A stretch of DNA of 64,000 nucleotides from Solirubrobacterales bacterium (GTDB lineage: Bacteria; Actinomycetota; Thermoleophilia; Solirubrobacterales; 70-9). A program made the position numbers and the translations under genes. Location of the stretch: assembly GCA_036406595.1 (NCBI GenBank), contig DASXAR010000061.1, positions 2,566-66,565 on the forward strand, given 5' to 3'. This document shows positions 9,312 to 18,016 of the stretch, piece by piece. How positions within the stretch are numbered: position 1 is the stretch's first letter; each line of letters opens with the position of its first letter. Under the pieces are notes generated by a model. That model did no database searches. It had not been told where the DNA came from and was given only the letters and a program-made list of their open reading frames with translations.

Positions 9312-10388
9312 GGCTTCGAACGGTCCCCTCGGGAGCGCACCGCTCCGCAGGCGGGAGACCAGGGCCCGGTGGGCGCCGGCCGCCGGCCCGATGTCGGTGT
9401 AGAGCAGCAGATCGGTGCCCGCGCCGGCAGCGGCGGCGCCGGCCCTCGCCGCACCGCCGAACGCCCCGACGGCGACCGAGTCGAGCGCGTCGGTGATGGA
9501 GACGCCGCGGAATCCGAGGCGGTCGCGAAGCTCGCTCTCGGCCAGCGCGCGGCTGAAGGCCGCCGGCCTCGGCGAAAAGGCGGGGTAGATCGCCGTGCTG
9601 AGCATCACCAGGTCGCCACCGGCGGCGATGAAGCTCCGGTAGGGAGCCTCGTCGATGCCCCTCAGCCTCGCTCTGCCCGACCCGATCCGCTGCACGGCGA
9701 CATCCGTGTTGAGCGCCGCGGCTCCGAGCCCGGGAAAGTGCTTGGCGGTGGCCGCGACGCCGCCGGCCTGCAGCCCCTGGGCGAACGGGACCGCCCCGGC
9801 GGAGACCGCGGCCGCAGTCGCGCCGAAGCCGCGTTCCTCTTCGGCGATGACGCCACCCGCCCTGGCGACGTCGAGGACCGGTGCCAGGTCGACGTTGGCC
9901 CCGGCTTCGCGCAGGGTGGCCGCCGTGAGGCGTCCCTGGCGGCGGCTGAACGCCGCGCCGCGGAGCCCCATCTCCCGCGCCGAGGCGGCCGGCGCGCCCT
10001 CCAGGCGCTTCACCCGGCCGCCCTCCTGGTCGATCATCACGAGCAGCGGGTCGCGCAGCCCGGCCGGGCGGCGGATTCGCTGGAGCTCGGCGATCAGGCG
10101 CCGGCCCGCCTCCGGGGAACGCAGGTTGTCGGCGTAGAGGGCCACACCTGCGATGCGGCCGGCGCGGATCATCCGCCGCAGCGGCCGAGGCGGCGTCCGG
10201 CCCTCGAAGCCGGCGACGATCCGCTCGCCGGCGAGCTGTGAGACCGTGAGCCGCGCCGCGGCGCTTGGAGCCGCGCCGCTGCCGTCGCCGAGCGAGGCGC
10301 CACAGGCGAACCCGAACGCCGCCGCGGGGACCAGGACGAGCGCCGCCGCGGCCCGCCTGCGCCTGATCGCCGCCTCTGCCATCGGCAC
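9264..10388 (-). CDS. glycoside hydrolase family 3 N-terminal domain protein (NagZ-like beta-N-acetylhexosaminidase), probable lipoprotein
   Basis: MIDQEGGRVKRL and KHFPGLG GH3 motifs. Signal peptide carries a FACG lipobox-like site. The 3' end overlaps the GGDEF gene by 48 bp. Confidence 0.8.
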   Translation of the reverse strand: MPMAEAAIRRRRAAAALVLVPAAAFGFACGASLGDGSGAAPSAAARLTVSQLAGERIVAGFEGRTPPRPLRRMIRAGRIAGVALYADNLRSPEAGRRLIAELQRIRRPAGLRDPLLVMIDQEGGRVKRLEGAPAASAREMGLRGAAFSRRQGRLTAATLREAGANVDLAPVLDVARAGGVIAEEERGFGATAAAVSAGAVPFAQGLQAGGVAATAKHFPGLGAAALNTDVAVQRIGSGRARLRGIDEAPYRSFIAAGGDLVMLSTAIYPAFSPRPAAFSRALAESELRDRLGFRGVSITDALDSVAVGAFGGAARAGAAAAGAGTDLLLYTDIGPAAGAHRALVSRLRSGALPRGPFEASADRVLGLRHRLGLR

Positions 10389-10399
10389 CCACGATACGA

Positions 10400-10421
10400 G
10401 CCGCCCGAACGTCCGGGCGGC
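10400..10421. promoter_or_regulatory. hairpin/palindrome GCCGCCCG-AACGTC-CGGGCGGC in the GH3-bioB divergent spacer
   Basis: 8-bp perfect arms, 20 nt upstream of the bioB ATG. Confidence 0.3.
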
Positions 10422-10440
10422 TTCCTAGCCTTGCGGCCGA

Positions 10441-11574
10441 ATGCCCCCGCTCATCTCATTCGAGGAGGCGCTGGCGCTCGGCGAGCTGAGCGACCGCGAG
10501 CAGATCGGCGAGCTGCTCGAGCGCGCCTGGAAGGTCCGCAGGGAGAACTTCGGCGACTCGACCGACATGTGCTCGCTGGTCAACGCGAAGTCGGGAGGCT
10601 GCGCAGAGGATTGCGGCTTCTGCGCGCAGTCGCGCTACGCCGAGGCCGACACGCCGATGCACGCGATGATGGAGCCCGAGCAGATCCTCGAACACGCGAG
10701 GGCGGCCGAGGCGGCGGGCGCGCACCGCTTCTGCATGGTCACCCAGGGCCAGGGGCTCTCGAAGCGCGACTTCCAGAAAATCCTCGAGGGCGCCAGGCTG
10801 GTCGCCGCGGAGACAAACCTAAAGCGCTGCGCCTCGATCGGCCACATGTCGGTCGAGCGGGCGAAGCAGCTGCGGGAGGCGGGCATCCAGCGGGTCCACC
10901 ACAACGTCGAGTCGGCGCGCTCCTACTACCCGGAGGTCTCGACGACGGTCCGCTACGAGGGTCGCCTGAGGACGATCGACGCGGTCAAGGAGGCCGGCCT
11001 CGAGACCTGCGTCGGCGGCATCCTCAACCTCGGCGAGTCGCCGCGGCAACGAGTCGAGATGGCATTCGAGCTCTCGGAGCTGAACCCGACCTCCGTTCCG
11101 ATCAACCTCCTCAACCCGCGCAGCGGCACCAAGTTCGGCGAGCGGCCCCTGATGGATCCCTGGGAGGTCGTCAAGTGGGTGGCGATCTTCCGCCTGATCA
11201 TCCCCGGCGCGCTGTTCCGGCTCTGCGGCGGAAGGGTCGAGAACCTCGGCGACCTGCAGCCGCTCGCCGTCAAGGCCGGGCTGAACGGGGTGATGATGGG
11301 CAACTTCCTGACCACGCTCGGAGCCGAGCCCGAGGAGGACAGGGAGATGTTCGAGGAGCTCGGCCTGAACGTCGCGCGCCAGCCCGACAACGGCTCCAAC
11401 CCCCGCCCGGACAACCGCTCGGGCTGGCTCGATGGCTCGACGCCGCAGACGCCGATCGACGACCTGGTCGACCGCCAGGAGGAGGCGAACTTCTGGGACC
11501 CCTCGACCCAGCTGCGGGTGGTGAAGAAGGCGAGGAAGCCGCCGCCCTACCCGCCGCCGGCGGCAGCCGCATGA
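10441..11574 (+). CDS. bioB: biotin synthase (radical SAM) with about 45-aa C-terminal tail
   Basis: CAEDCGFCAQS radical-SAM cluster motif and full-length BioB pattern. Confidence 0.95.
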   Translation: MPPLISFEEALALGELSDREQIGELLERAWKVRRENFGDSTDMCSLVNAKSGGCAEDCGFCAQSRYAEADTPMHAMMEPEQILEHARAAEAAGAHRFCMVTQGQGLSKRDFQKILEGARLVAAETNLKRCASIGHMSVERAKQLREAGIQRVHHNVESARSYYPEVSTTVRYEGRLRTIDAVKEAGLETCVGGILNLGESPRQRVEMAFELSELNPTSVPINLLNPRSGTKFGERPLMDPWEVVKWVAIFRLIIPGALFRLCGGRVENLGDLQPLAVKAGLNGVMMGNFLTTLGAEPEEDREMFEELGLNVARQPDNGSNPRPDNRSGWLDGSTPQTPIDDLVDRQEEANFWDPSTQLRVVKKARKPPPYPPPAAAA

Positions 11575-12773
11575 GCGAGATCGCGGAGCGCCTCCACGCG
11601 CTGCGCGAGGAGGGGCTTCACCGCCGCCTTCGCACGGTGAGCGGGGCGCAGGGGCCGCGGGTGATGCTCGAGGGACGCTCGGTGCTGCTGCTCTGCTCGA
11701 ACAACTACCTGGGACTCGCCGAGCACCCGCGGGTGCGTACCGCCGCGGCCGAGGCGGCAATGCGGGAAGGCGCCGGCGCCGGCGCCTCCCGCCTGATCTC
11801 CGGGAACATGGAGCCCCATCGCAGACTCGAGGCGAGGCTCGCAGCCTTCACCGGCTACGAGGCGGCGCTGCTCTTCGGCTCCGGCTACCTCGCCAACACC
11901 GGGGTCATCGCCGCCCTCGCCCGCCGCGGCGAGGTCGTCTTCTCCGACGAGCTGAACCATGCGAGCATCGTCGACGGCTGCAGGCTCGCACAGGCCGAGA
12001 CATACGTCTATCGACACGGCGACCTCGAGCATCTCGCCTGGGGCCTGCACCGGGTCGGCGCCCGTACATCGCTGATCGTCACCGACGGCCTCTTCTCGAT
12101 GGACGGGGACGTGGCCCCGCTGGAGGGCCTGATCGAGCTGGCCCGAAGGCATGGCAGCCGCCTGATGGTCGACGAGGCGCACGCAACCGGCGCGCTGGGG
12201 CCGGGCGGCCGGGGCTCGGTGGCTGCAGCCGGCATGTCCGGAGAGGTCGATGTCGTCGTCGGGACACTCGGCAAGGCGCTCGGCTCCTACGGCGCCTATG
12301 CCTGCGCCGGATCGGAGGTCGTCGACTACCTGCTCAACACGGCGCGGCCCTTCATCTTCTCGACCGCGCCGCCGCCGCCGTCGATCGCAGCCGCCGCAAC
12401 GGCGCTGGAGCTGCTGGAAACGGGCCCCGAGCAGGTCGATCGCCTCCGTGACAACTCCCGGCTGCTCCGCGAGGCCCTCGCCGCGAACGGCCTGCGCACG
12501 CGGGGCTCGGACACCCAGATCGTCCCGATCGGGGTCGGCGAGGCGAGCGCAGCGATGCAGCTCTGCGAGCGACTGCTGGAGCGCGGGGTGTTCGCCCAGG
12601 GGATCCGCCCGCCGACCGTGCCGGAGGGGACCTCCCGCCTCCGCCTCTCGGTGATGGCGAGCCACCGGCGGGACGAGCTGCGCCACGCGGCCGGGCTGAT
12701 CGCCGCCGCCTCCAGGGAGCTCGGCGTCGCGGGCGTCGGCCCGGCGCCGCGATCCCTGCAGGCCGCGGCCTAG
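11571..12773 (+). CDS. bioF: 8-amino-7-oxononanoate synthase
   Basis: Starts at ATG 11571 (MSEIAERL), overlapping the bioB stop as ATGA. PLP-lysine region GTLGKALG. The track fuses it to a 5' shadow ORF (10431). Confidence 0.9.
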   Translation: MSEIAERLHALREEGLHRRLRTVSGAQGPRVMLEGRSVLLLCSNNYLGLAEHPRVRTAAAEAAMREGAGAGASRLISGNMEPHRRLEARLAAFTGYEAALLFGSGYLANTGVIAALARRGEVVFSDELNHASIVDGCRLAQAETYVYRHGDLEHLAWGLHRVGARTSLIVTDGLFSMDGDVAPLEGLIELARRHGSRLMVDEAHATGALGPGGRGSVAAAGMSGEVDVVVGTLGKALGSYGAYACAGSEVVDYLLNTARPFIFSTAPPPPSIAAAATALELLETGPEQVDRLRDNSRLLREALAANGLRTRGSDTQIVPIGVGEASAAMQLCERLLERGVFAQGIRPPTVPEGTSRLRLSVMASHRRDELRHAAGLIAAASRELGVAGVGPAPRSLQAAA

Positions 12774-13436
12774 GTGGACGGCCTCTTCGTCACCGGCACC
12801 GGCACCGGGGTCGGCAAGACGGTGGTTGCCGCGGCGGCCGCCCGCACCCTCCTCGCCGCGGGGCTCTCGGTCTCGGTCTTCAAGCCGGCGGTGACGGGGC
12901 TCGAGGAGGGCGGCGAGGCCGACCACGAACTGCTGCGCCGCGCCGCCGGGTCCGATCAGAGCGACGAGGAGATCGCCCCCTACCGCTATATGCCACCCGC
13001 CTCGCCGCATCTCGCTGCCGCCCTCGCCGGCGAGGAGGTCGACCCCGATCGCCTGCTCGGGGCCGCGCGCGCCGCCGCCGAGGGAGCCGAGCGGCTGATC
13101 GCGGAGGGAGTCGGCGGCCTGCTCGTTCCGCTCTCCCCCGGCTACCTGGTTCGGGACCTCGCCACCGACCTGGGCCTGCCGCTGCTGATTGCGTCGTCAC
13201 CGGGCCTCGGAACGATCAACCACACGCTGCTGACCCTGGAGGCGGCGCGTGCGGCCGGCCTCGGGGTCGCGAGGGTGGTCCTCACCCCCTGGCCCGCGCA
13301 GCCGGGCCCGATCGAGGAGTCGAACCGGGAAACGCTCGCCTCGCTGGGAGGGGTGGCGGTCGAGACCCTGCCGCCGCTCGACCTCGCCGACCCTAGCTCC
13401 TGGCCCCCGATCCCGTCCCAGGGACCGGGTGTCTAG
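12774..13436 (+). CDS. bioD: dethiobiotin synthase
   Basis: GTGTGVGKT P-loop. GTG start immediately follows the bioF stop. Confidence 0.9.
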   Translation: MDGLFVTGTGTGVGKTVVAAAAARTLLAAGLSVSVFKPAVTGLEEGGEADHELLRRAAGSDQSDEEIAPYRYMPPASPHLAAALAGEEVDPDRLLGAARAAAEGAERLIAEGVGGLLVPLSPGYLVRDLATDLGLPLLIASSPGLGTINHTLLTLEAARAAGLGVARVVLTPWPAQPGPIEESNRETLASLGGVAVETLPPLDLADPSSWPPIPSQGPGV

Positions 13437-14911
13437 CCCGCTTCGGAAGCAGCGAGCTCGCCGCCCGGCGAGACGCTCGCCTCCGCGACGGCGGCCGCCG
13501 GGCCCTCGTGCCGCCGCGACCTGATCGTCGTCGCCGCGATCACGGCTCCGAGCAGCGCCACCACCGCGGAGACCATCATCGCGTCGCTGAGCCCGTCGAC
13601 GAACTGCTGCGGGGCCGCCGTCTCGAAGCTGCTGCCCGCGACGCCCTGGAAGATCGCCCCGCTGACCGCCACCCCGAGGCTGCCGCCGACCATGCGGAAC
13701 ATCGAGAGGACGCCGGAGGCGATCCCGGCTTTCTCGACGGCGACGGCGTTCATCGCGGCGCTCGTCATCGGCGACATCGTCAGCGCGATGCCGATGCCGA
13801 GCAGCACGAAGCCCGGCAGCAGGTCGAGGTAGCCGGAGTCGACGGCGATCCCGCTGAAGGTGTAGAGGGAGGCGGCGGCGATCGTCAGCCCGGCCGCGAT
13901 CAGCCAGCGCGGACCGAAGCGATCCGCCATCCGACCCGCGATCGGCGCGACACCGACGATCATCAGCGTCGAGGGCAGGAACCGGACTCCCGCCTCGAGC
14001 GGCGAGTAGTGGAGGATGTCCTGCATGTAGAGGGCGAGGAAGAAGAAGACGCCCATCATCGCGAAGGTGACGATCAGGGCCACCACCACGGCTCCGAGGA
14101 AGTTGCGGTCGACGAAGAAGTGGAACTCGACCATCGGCGCCTTCACCCTCAGCTCGACCAGCACGAAGAGGACGAGAGCGAGGGCGGCGCCGCCCAGGAG
14201 GGCGAGGATCCGGGTCGATCCCCAGCCCCAGCTGTTGGCCTCGACCAGCGCCAGGACGAGCGCCGTGAGGCCTGCCGTCAGCGTCACCACGCCCAGGTAA
14301 TCGACGTCGCGGCCGACGGTCGTGTCGCGCGACTCCCGCACCGCAAAGAGCGTCGTCAGCACGGCGCCGACCGCGACCGGGATATTGAGGTAGAAGATCG
14401 CGCGCCAGGTGACGTGCTCGGTGAGGAGGCCGCCCAGCACAGGCCCCACCGCGAGGGCGAGGGCGGAGACGCCGGCCCAGGTGCCCATCGCCTTGCCACG
14501 CTCATGCGCGGGGAAGGCGTCGGTGATGATCGAAAGGGTGCCCGGCATCATCAGCGCCGCTCCGACTCCCTGAGCCACCCGGCTGACGACGAGCGACGTG
14601 TCGTCGGGCGCAAAGCCCGCGGTCGCCGAGGAGAGGGCGAAGATGACGACGCCGATCAGGAACATGCGGCGCCGCCCGAAGATGTCGCCCAGTCTGCCGC
14701 CGGTCGCGAGCAGCACGGCGAAGGAGAGCGTGTAGCCGTTGATCATCCACTCGAGGCCGGAGATCGAGGCGCCGAGGTCGCGCTGGATCGACGGCAGCGC
14801 GACGTTCACGACGGTGTTGTCGAGCATGATCATGAACAGCGCGAAGCACATCGCTCCGAGCGTCCACCACTTGCGGTTTTCGTCGGTGATCAGGTGGCGG
14901 TAACGGGTCAA
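13433..14911 (-). CDS. MFS transporter, DHA2 (EmrB/QacA-like, 14-TMS) efflux family
   Basis: 492 aa with about 14 helices and an LGDIFGRRRMF motif. Overlaps marR by 4 bp. Confidence 0.85.
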   Translation of the reverse strand: MTRYRHLITDENRKWWTLGAMCFALFMIMLDNTVVNVALPSIQRDLGASISGLEWMINGYTLSFAVLLATGGRLGDIFGRRRMFLIGVVIFALSSATAGFAPDDTSLVVSRVAQGVGAALMMPGTLSIITDAFPAHERGKAMGTWAGVSALALAVGPVLGGLLTEHVTWRAIFYLNIPVAVGAVLTTLFAVRESRDTTVGRDVDYLGVVTLTAGLTALVLALVEANSWGWGSTRILALLGGAALALVLFVLVELRVKAPMVEFHFFVDRNFLGAVVVALIVTFAMMGVFFFLALYMQDILHYSPLEAGVRFLPSTLMIVGVAPIAGRMADRFGPRWLIAAGLTIAAASLYTFSGIAVDSGYLDLLPGFVLLGIGIALTMSPMTSAAMNAVAVEKAGIASGVLSMFRMVGGSLGVAVSGAIFQGVAGSSFETAAPQQFVDGLSDAMMVSAVVALLGAVIAATTIRSRRHEGPAAAVAEASVSPGGELAASEAG

Positions 14912-15435
14912 GCTGGTCCAACTCCCTTCAGGTGCTCATACGTTTCGGCGATGTCCTCGCGGTCCATCAGCGCGTCGATCGCGGCATCGAGCTTGCGGCG
15001 CTGCGCCGCGCTCAGGCTGGCCGCGAACGCTTCCATGCCGGCCTGGCGGACGATCAGCAGCTTGTCGACCAGCTGCTTGCCCCTGGCGGTGATGGCGACG
15101 CGGCGCACCCGGCGGTCATCGGGGTCCTCGACCCTGCTGACGAGCCTCTTCTTGACGAGGCCGTCGACCGCACGGCTCATCGAGGGAACCGAGGTGCCGA
15201 AGGTCTCGGCCAGGTCGCTGACCTGGCGCGGAGCCGAGCTCTCGCCGAGGCCGCCGAGCTCGAGCAGCGCCTTGCACTGCGTCATCGAGAGCCCGGTCTC
15301 CTCGAGTACCCGGAGCTGGTTGCCCCGGTCGTAGAGAAAGACGTGTCGCAGCAGGGCGCTGAGCCGCGCCGCGGTCTCCTGTGCGGCCGGGTCACTCCTC
15401 TTCTTGGCGATCTCCGCGATCTCGCTCGCTTGCAT
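14908..15435 (-). CDS. MarR family transcriptional regulator
   Basis: Winged-helix pattern (LSMTQCKALLEL...VSRVEDPDDRRVRRVAITARG). Confidence 0.85.
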   Translation of the reverse strand: MQASEIAEIAKKRSDPAAQETAARLSALLRHVFLYDRGNQLRVLEETGLSMTQCKALLELGGLGESSAPRQVSDLAETFGTSVPSMSRAVDGLVKKRLVSRVEDPDDRRVRRVAITARGKQLVDKLLIVRQAGMEAFAASLSAAQRRKLDAAIDALMDREDIAETYEHLKGVGPA

Positions 15436-15441
15436 GCGGAT

Positions 15442-15486
15442 AATTGTTGCGCTCTAGCAACTATTTCTCAAGAGCAATAGTTGCTC
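15442..15486. promoter_or_regulatory. triple AAT(T/A)GTTGC operator-like repeat in the marR-bioA divergent region (candidate MarR sites)
   Basis: AATTGTTGC 15442-15450, GCAACTATT 15457-15465 and AATAGTTGC 15476-15484. GAGCAATAGTTGCTC is a palindrome at 15472-15486. Confidence 0.55.
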
Positions 15487-15487
15487 A

Positions 15488-15503
15488 TGTGATGCACATC
15501 ACA
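15488..15503. promoter_or_regulatory. perfect palindrome TGTGATG-CA-CATCACA upstream of bioA
   Basis: 7-bp arms, read directly from the sequence. Sits just upstream of a TACCCT -10-like hexamer (15527-15532), which is 6 nt before the bioA ATG. Confidence 0.45.
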
Positions 15504-15538
15504 CGAGTTCCCGCCGGGCCCGGATCTACCCTCGGGCC

Positions 15539-16858
15539 ATGGACCTGGCGGCCGATCACGCGCAGCTCGACCGCGACCACCTCTGGCACCCGTTCACCCA
15601 GCAGCAGGGCTGGCGCGAGGAGGAGCCGCTGATGATCGAGCGGGCGGACGGCTGCCAGCTGATCGACGGAGAGGGCAGGCGCTACATCGACGGCGTCTCC
15701 TCGCTCTGGTGCAACGTCCACGGGCACAGGCAGCCCGACATCGACCGCGCCATCCGCGACCAGCTCGGGCGCGTGGCGCACTCGACCATGCTCGGCCTCT
15801 CCCATCCCGGCGCCGCCGAGCTCGCAGCGCGCCTCGTCGACCTCGCCCCCCGGGGCCTCTCCCGGGTCTTCTACTCGGACTCGGGCTCGACCGCCACCGA
15901 GGTGGCCCTGAAGATGGCGTTCCAGTTCCAGCAGCAGCGCGGCGGCCAGCACCGACGGCGCACCTCGTTCGTCCACCTGCGCGACGCCTACCACGGGGAC
16001 ACGATCGGATCGGTCTCGGTCGGCGGCATCGATCTCTTCCACGCCACCTACCGCCCGCTGCTGTTCCGTGCCCACGCCGCCGCGCCCGGCGATGCCGCCG
16101 ACCTGGAGCGGGTCCTGGCCACCCACGAGGAGGAGATCGCCGCGCTGATCATCGAGCCGCTGGTGCAGGGAGCGGCGGGCATGATCGTCCATCCGCCGGG
16201 CTTCCTCCGCGCGGCCCGGGAGCTCTGCGACCGCTATGGCGTGCTGCTGATCTGCGACGAGGTCGCGACCGGCTTCGGCCGCACCGGGACGATGTTCGCC
16301 TGCGAGCAGGAGGAGGTCGCGCCGGACCTGCTCTGCATCGCCAAGGGGCTCAGCGGCGGCTATCTACCACTCGCCGCGACGCTCTCCACCGAGCGCATCT
16401 ACGCGGGGTTCCTCGGCGCGCCCGAGGAGCAGCGCACCTTTTTCCACGGCCATACCTATACCGGCAATCCCCTCGCCTGCGCCGCGGCGATCGCCAGCCT
16501 CGAGATCTTCGAGCGAGAGCGGACCATGGAGAAGCTGCAGGGCAAGATCGCCCTGCTTTCCGACCTGCTGGAAGACGTCGCCGCGATGCCCGGGGTACAG
16601 GAGGTTCGGAGCCGTGGCTTCATGGTCGGCATCGACCTCGGCGAGCATGACCCTTCCCTCCGAATGGGTCACCGGGTGGCGCTCGATGCACGCGCCCGTG
16701 GCGCCGTGATCCGCCCCCTCGGCGACGTCGTCGTCCTGATGCCGCCCCTGGCGATCTCCGAGCATGACCTGCGGCGCCTGGTGCGGATCGTCGCCGACTC
16801 GATCGAGGCGGTGTGCGAGATCGAGCTCCCCGGGGATCCGCTGTCCCGGGCCGCCTAG
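15539..16858 (+). CDS. bioA: adenosylmethionine-8-amino-7-oxononanoate aminotransferase
   Basis: Class-III aminotransferase with a BioA-like N-terminus (HLWHPFTQ) and the PLP lysine in CIAKGLSGGY. Confidence 0.9.
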   Translation: MDLAADHAQLDRDHLWHPFTQQQGWREEEPLMIERADGCQLIDGEGRRYIDGVSSLWCNVHGHRQPDIDRAIRDQLGRVAHSTMLGLSHPGAAELAARLVDLAPRGLSRVFYSDSGSTATEVALKMAFQFQQQRGGQHRRRTSFVHLRDAYHGDTIGSVSVGGIDLFHATYRPLLFRAHAAAPGDAADLERVLATHEEEIAALIIEPLVQGAAGMIVHPPGFLRAARELCDRYGVLLICDEVATGFGRTGTMFACEQEEVAPDLLCIAKGLSGGYLPLAATLSTERIYAGFLGAPEEQRTFFHGHTYTGNPLACAAAIASLEIFERERTMEKLQGKIALLSDLLEDVAAMPGVQEVRSRGFMVGIDLGEHDPSLRMGHRVALDARARGAVIRPLGDVVVLMPPLAISEHDLRRLVRIVADSIEAVCEIELPGDPLSRAA

Positions 16859-16874
16859 CGGCCGCCTGCTCGCC

Positions 16875-16910
16875 GGACCGACCCCGGCCCTGGCCTAGGG
16901 CCTGCGGTCC
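16875..16910 (+). terminator. nested GC-rich hairpin after bioA
   Basis: GGACCG...GGCCCT-ggcct-AGGGCC...CGGTCC. No T-tract. Confidence 0.45.
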
Positions 16911-16929
16911 CTTGAGCGACATCCTCCTT

Positions 16930-16955
16930 CATAGTGGTATCTTTTACCCACTATG
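16930..16955. promoter_or_regulatory. perfect inverted repeat CATAGTGG-N10-CCACTATG covering the start codon of ORF 16953
   Basis: Read directly from the sequence, in the AT-richest patch of the bioA-ORF spacer. Confidence 0.5.
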
Positions 16956-17432
16956 GCCTTCATCGTGCCGCGCAAGAACCGGGCCTGGGAGATACGAGAG
17001 TCGCAGTGGACACCCAGAGGGCCCCGGAGCAGGACGCTGGCGACTTTCCACGAGCTCGATGTCGAGGCGATCGAGCACGCCCGGGCGCGGGCCTCCGGAC
17101 CCCTCGACGAGGGTCAGCTGCGCCGCGCTGCGCTGCGCGCAGGTGCCCCCGTCGCGCATCCGCCGGCCGACCGCGCGGCGCAGGATCTGCTCCGCGAGCT
17201 GGCGGCCGGACGGAGACCGCGCCGGGCCCTGCGGCGGCTGCTCGCCGATTCGGTCGACGAGGGGGACGGGGGGCTCTCCGATGCGGCCCGCGCGGCGCGC
17301 CTCTGGATCGCGGCCTCGCCGAAGCAGCGTGGCGACGCCCTCAGAGACCTCCTCCTGCTCGCAGACCGGCTTCCCCAGCGCCGCCTGGCTAGCGCTCCCG
17401 GATTCCCCGGATTCGGCTCGGCCGCGCCGTGA
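16953..17432 (+). CDS. hypothetical Arg-rich protein (possible antitoxin-like partner)
   Basis: 159 aa with high GC3 and no recognisable family. GTGA overlap with the downstream NTase gene. Confidence 0.5.
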   Translation: MAFIVPRKNRAWEIRESQWTPRGPRSRTLATFHELDVEAIEHARARASGPLDEGQLRRAALRAGAPVAHPPADRAAQDLLRELAAGRRPRRALRRLLADSVDEGDGGLSDAARAARLWIAASPKQRGDALRDLLLLADRLPQRRLASAPGFPGFGSAAP

Positions 17433-17995
17433 CCGAGCCCTCGCTGCCCGAGAAGGTGGTTGCGATCGACCGGCGATTGAGCGAGGTGCGCATCCCCCAT
17501 GCGTTCGGCGGCGCCCTCGCCCTCGCCTATTACGCCGAGCCCCGCGCGACCGTCGACGTCGACGTCAACGTCTTCGTGTCGACCGCGCGCGTGGACGAGG
17601 TCAGCGACGCGCTTTCGCCGCTGGGTGTGTCCGCATTGCCGTCCGAGGACGAGCGAGCCGCGTTGGAGCGGGAAGGCCAGTGCCGGACGTGGTGGGGCAG
17701 GACGCCCGTCGACCTCTTCTTCTCCTACGGCGAGGTCCACGAGGCGATGCGGGAGGGGGTTCGCCGGGTGCCGTTCGGTGAGGATGAGCTGCAGATCCTC
17801 GGGCCGGAGCACCTGGTCGTGTGCAAGGCCTGCTTCGACCGGCCGAAGGACTGGCTCGACATAGAACAGGTCCTCGTCTCGACCGATCCCTTCGAGGCTC
17901 GGGAGGCACAGCGGTGGCTCCATCGCCTGCTCGGTGAGGGGGACCAAAGGAAGAGGCGATTCGACCGCCTCGTCGCCGAGCTCACGGATCGATGA
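17429..17995 (+). CDS. minimal nucleotidyltransferase-fold protein (MNT/AbiEii-like)
   Basis: AFGGALALAYYAEPRATVDVDVNV fits the hGG-x(n)-DxD pol-beta NTase signature. The C-terminal LVVCKACFDRPKDWLDIEQVL helix is typical of small NTases. Confidence 0.55.
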   Translation: MTEPSLPEKVVAIDRRLSEVRIPHAFGGALALAYYAEPRATVDVDVNVFVSTARVDEVSDALSPLGVSALPSEDERAALEREGQCRTWWGRTPVDLFFSYGEVHEAMREGVRRVPFGEDELQILGPEHLVVCKACFDRPKDWLDIEQVLVSTDPFEAREAQRWLHRLLGEGDQRKRRFDRLVAELTDR

Positions 17996-18016
17996 GTGCC
18001 GGGATAAGGTGAGCCG

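Noticed and set aside
10431-11570. The 5' 380 codons of the 780-aa track ORF 10431-12773
   Set aside because: Arg/Gly/Pro-rich shadow frame running over bioB. Only the part from ATG 11571 matches BioF, and that start overlaps the bioB stop as ATGA.
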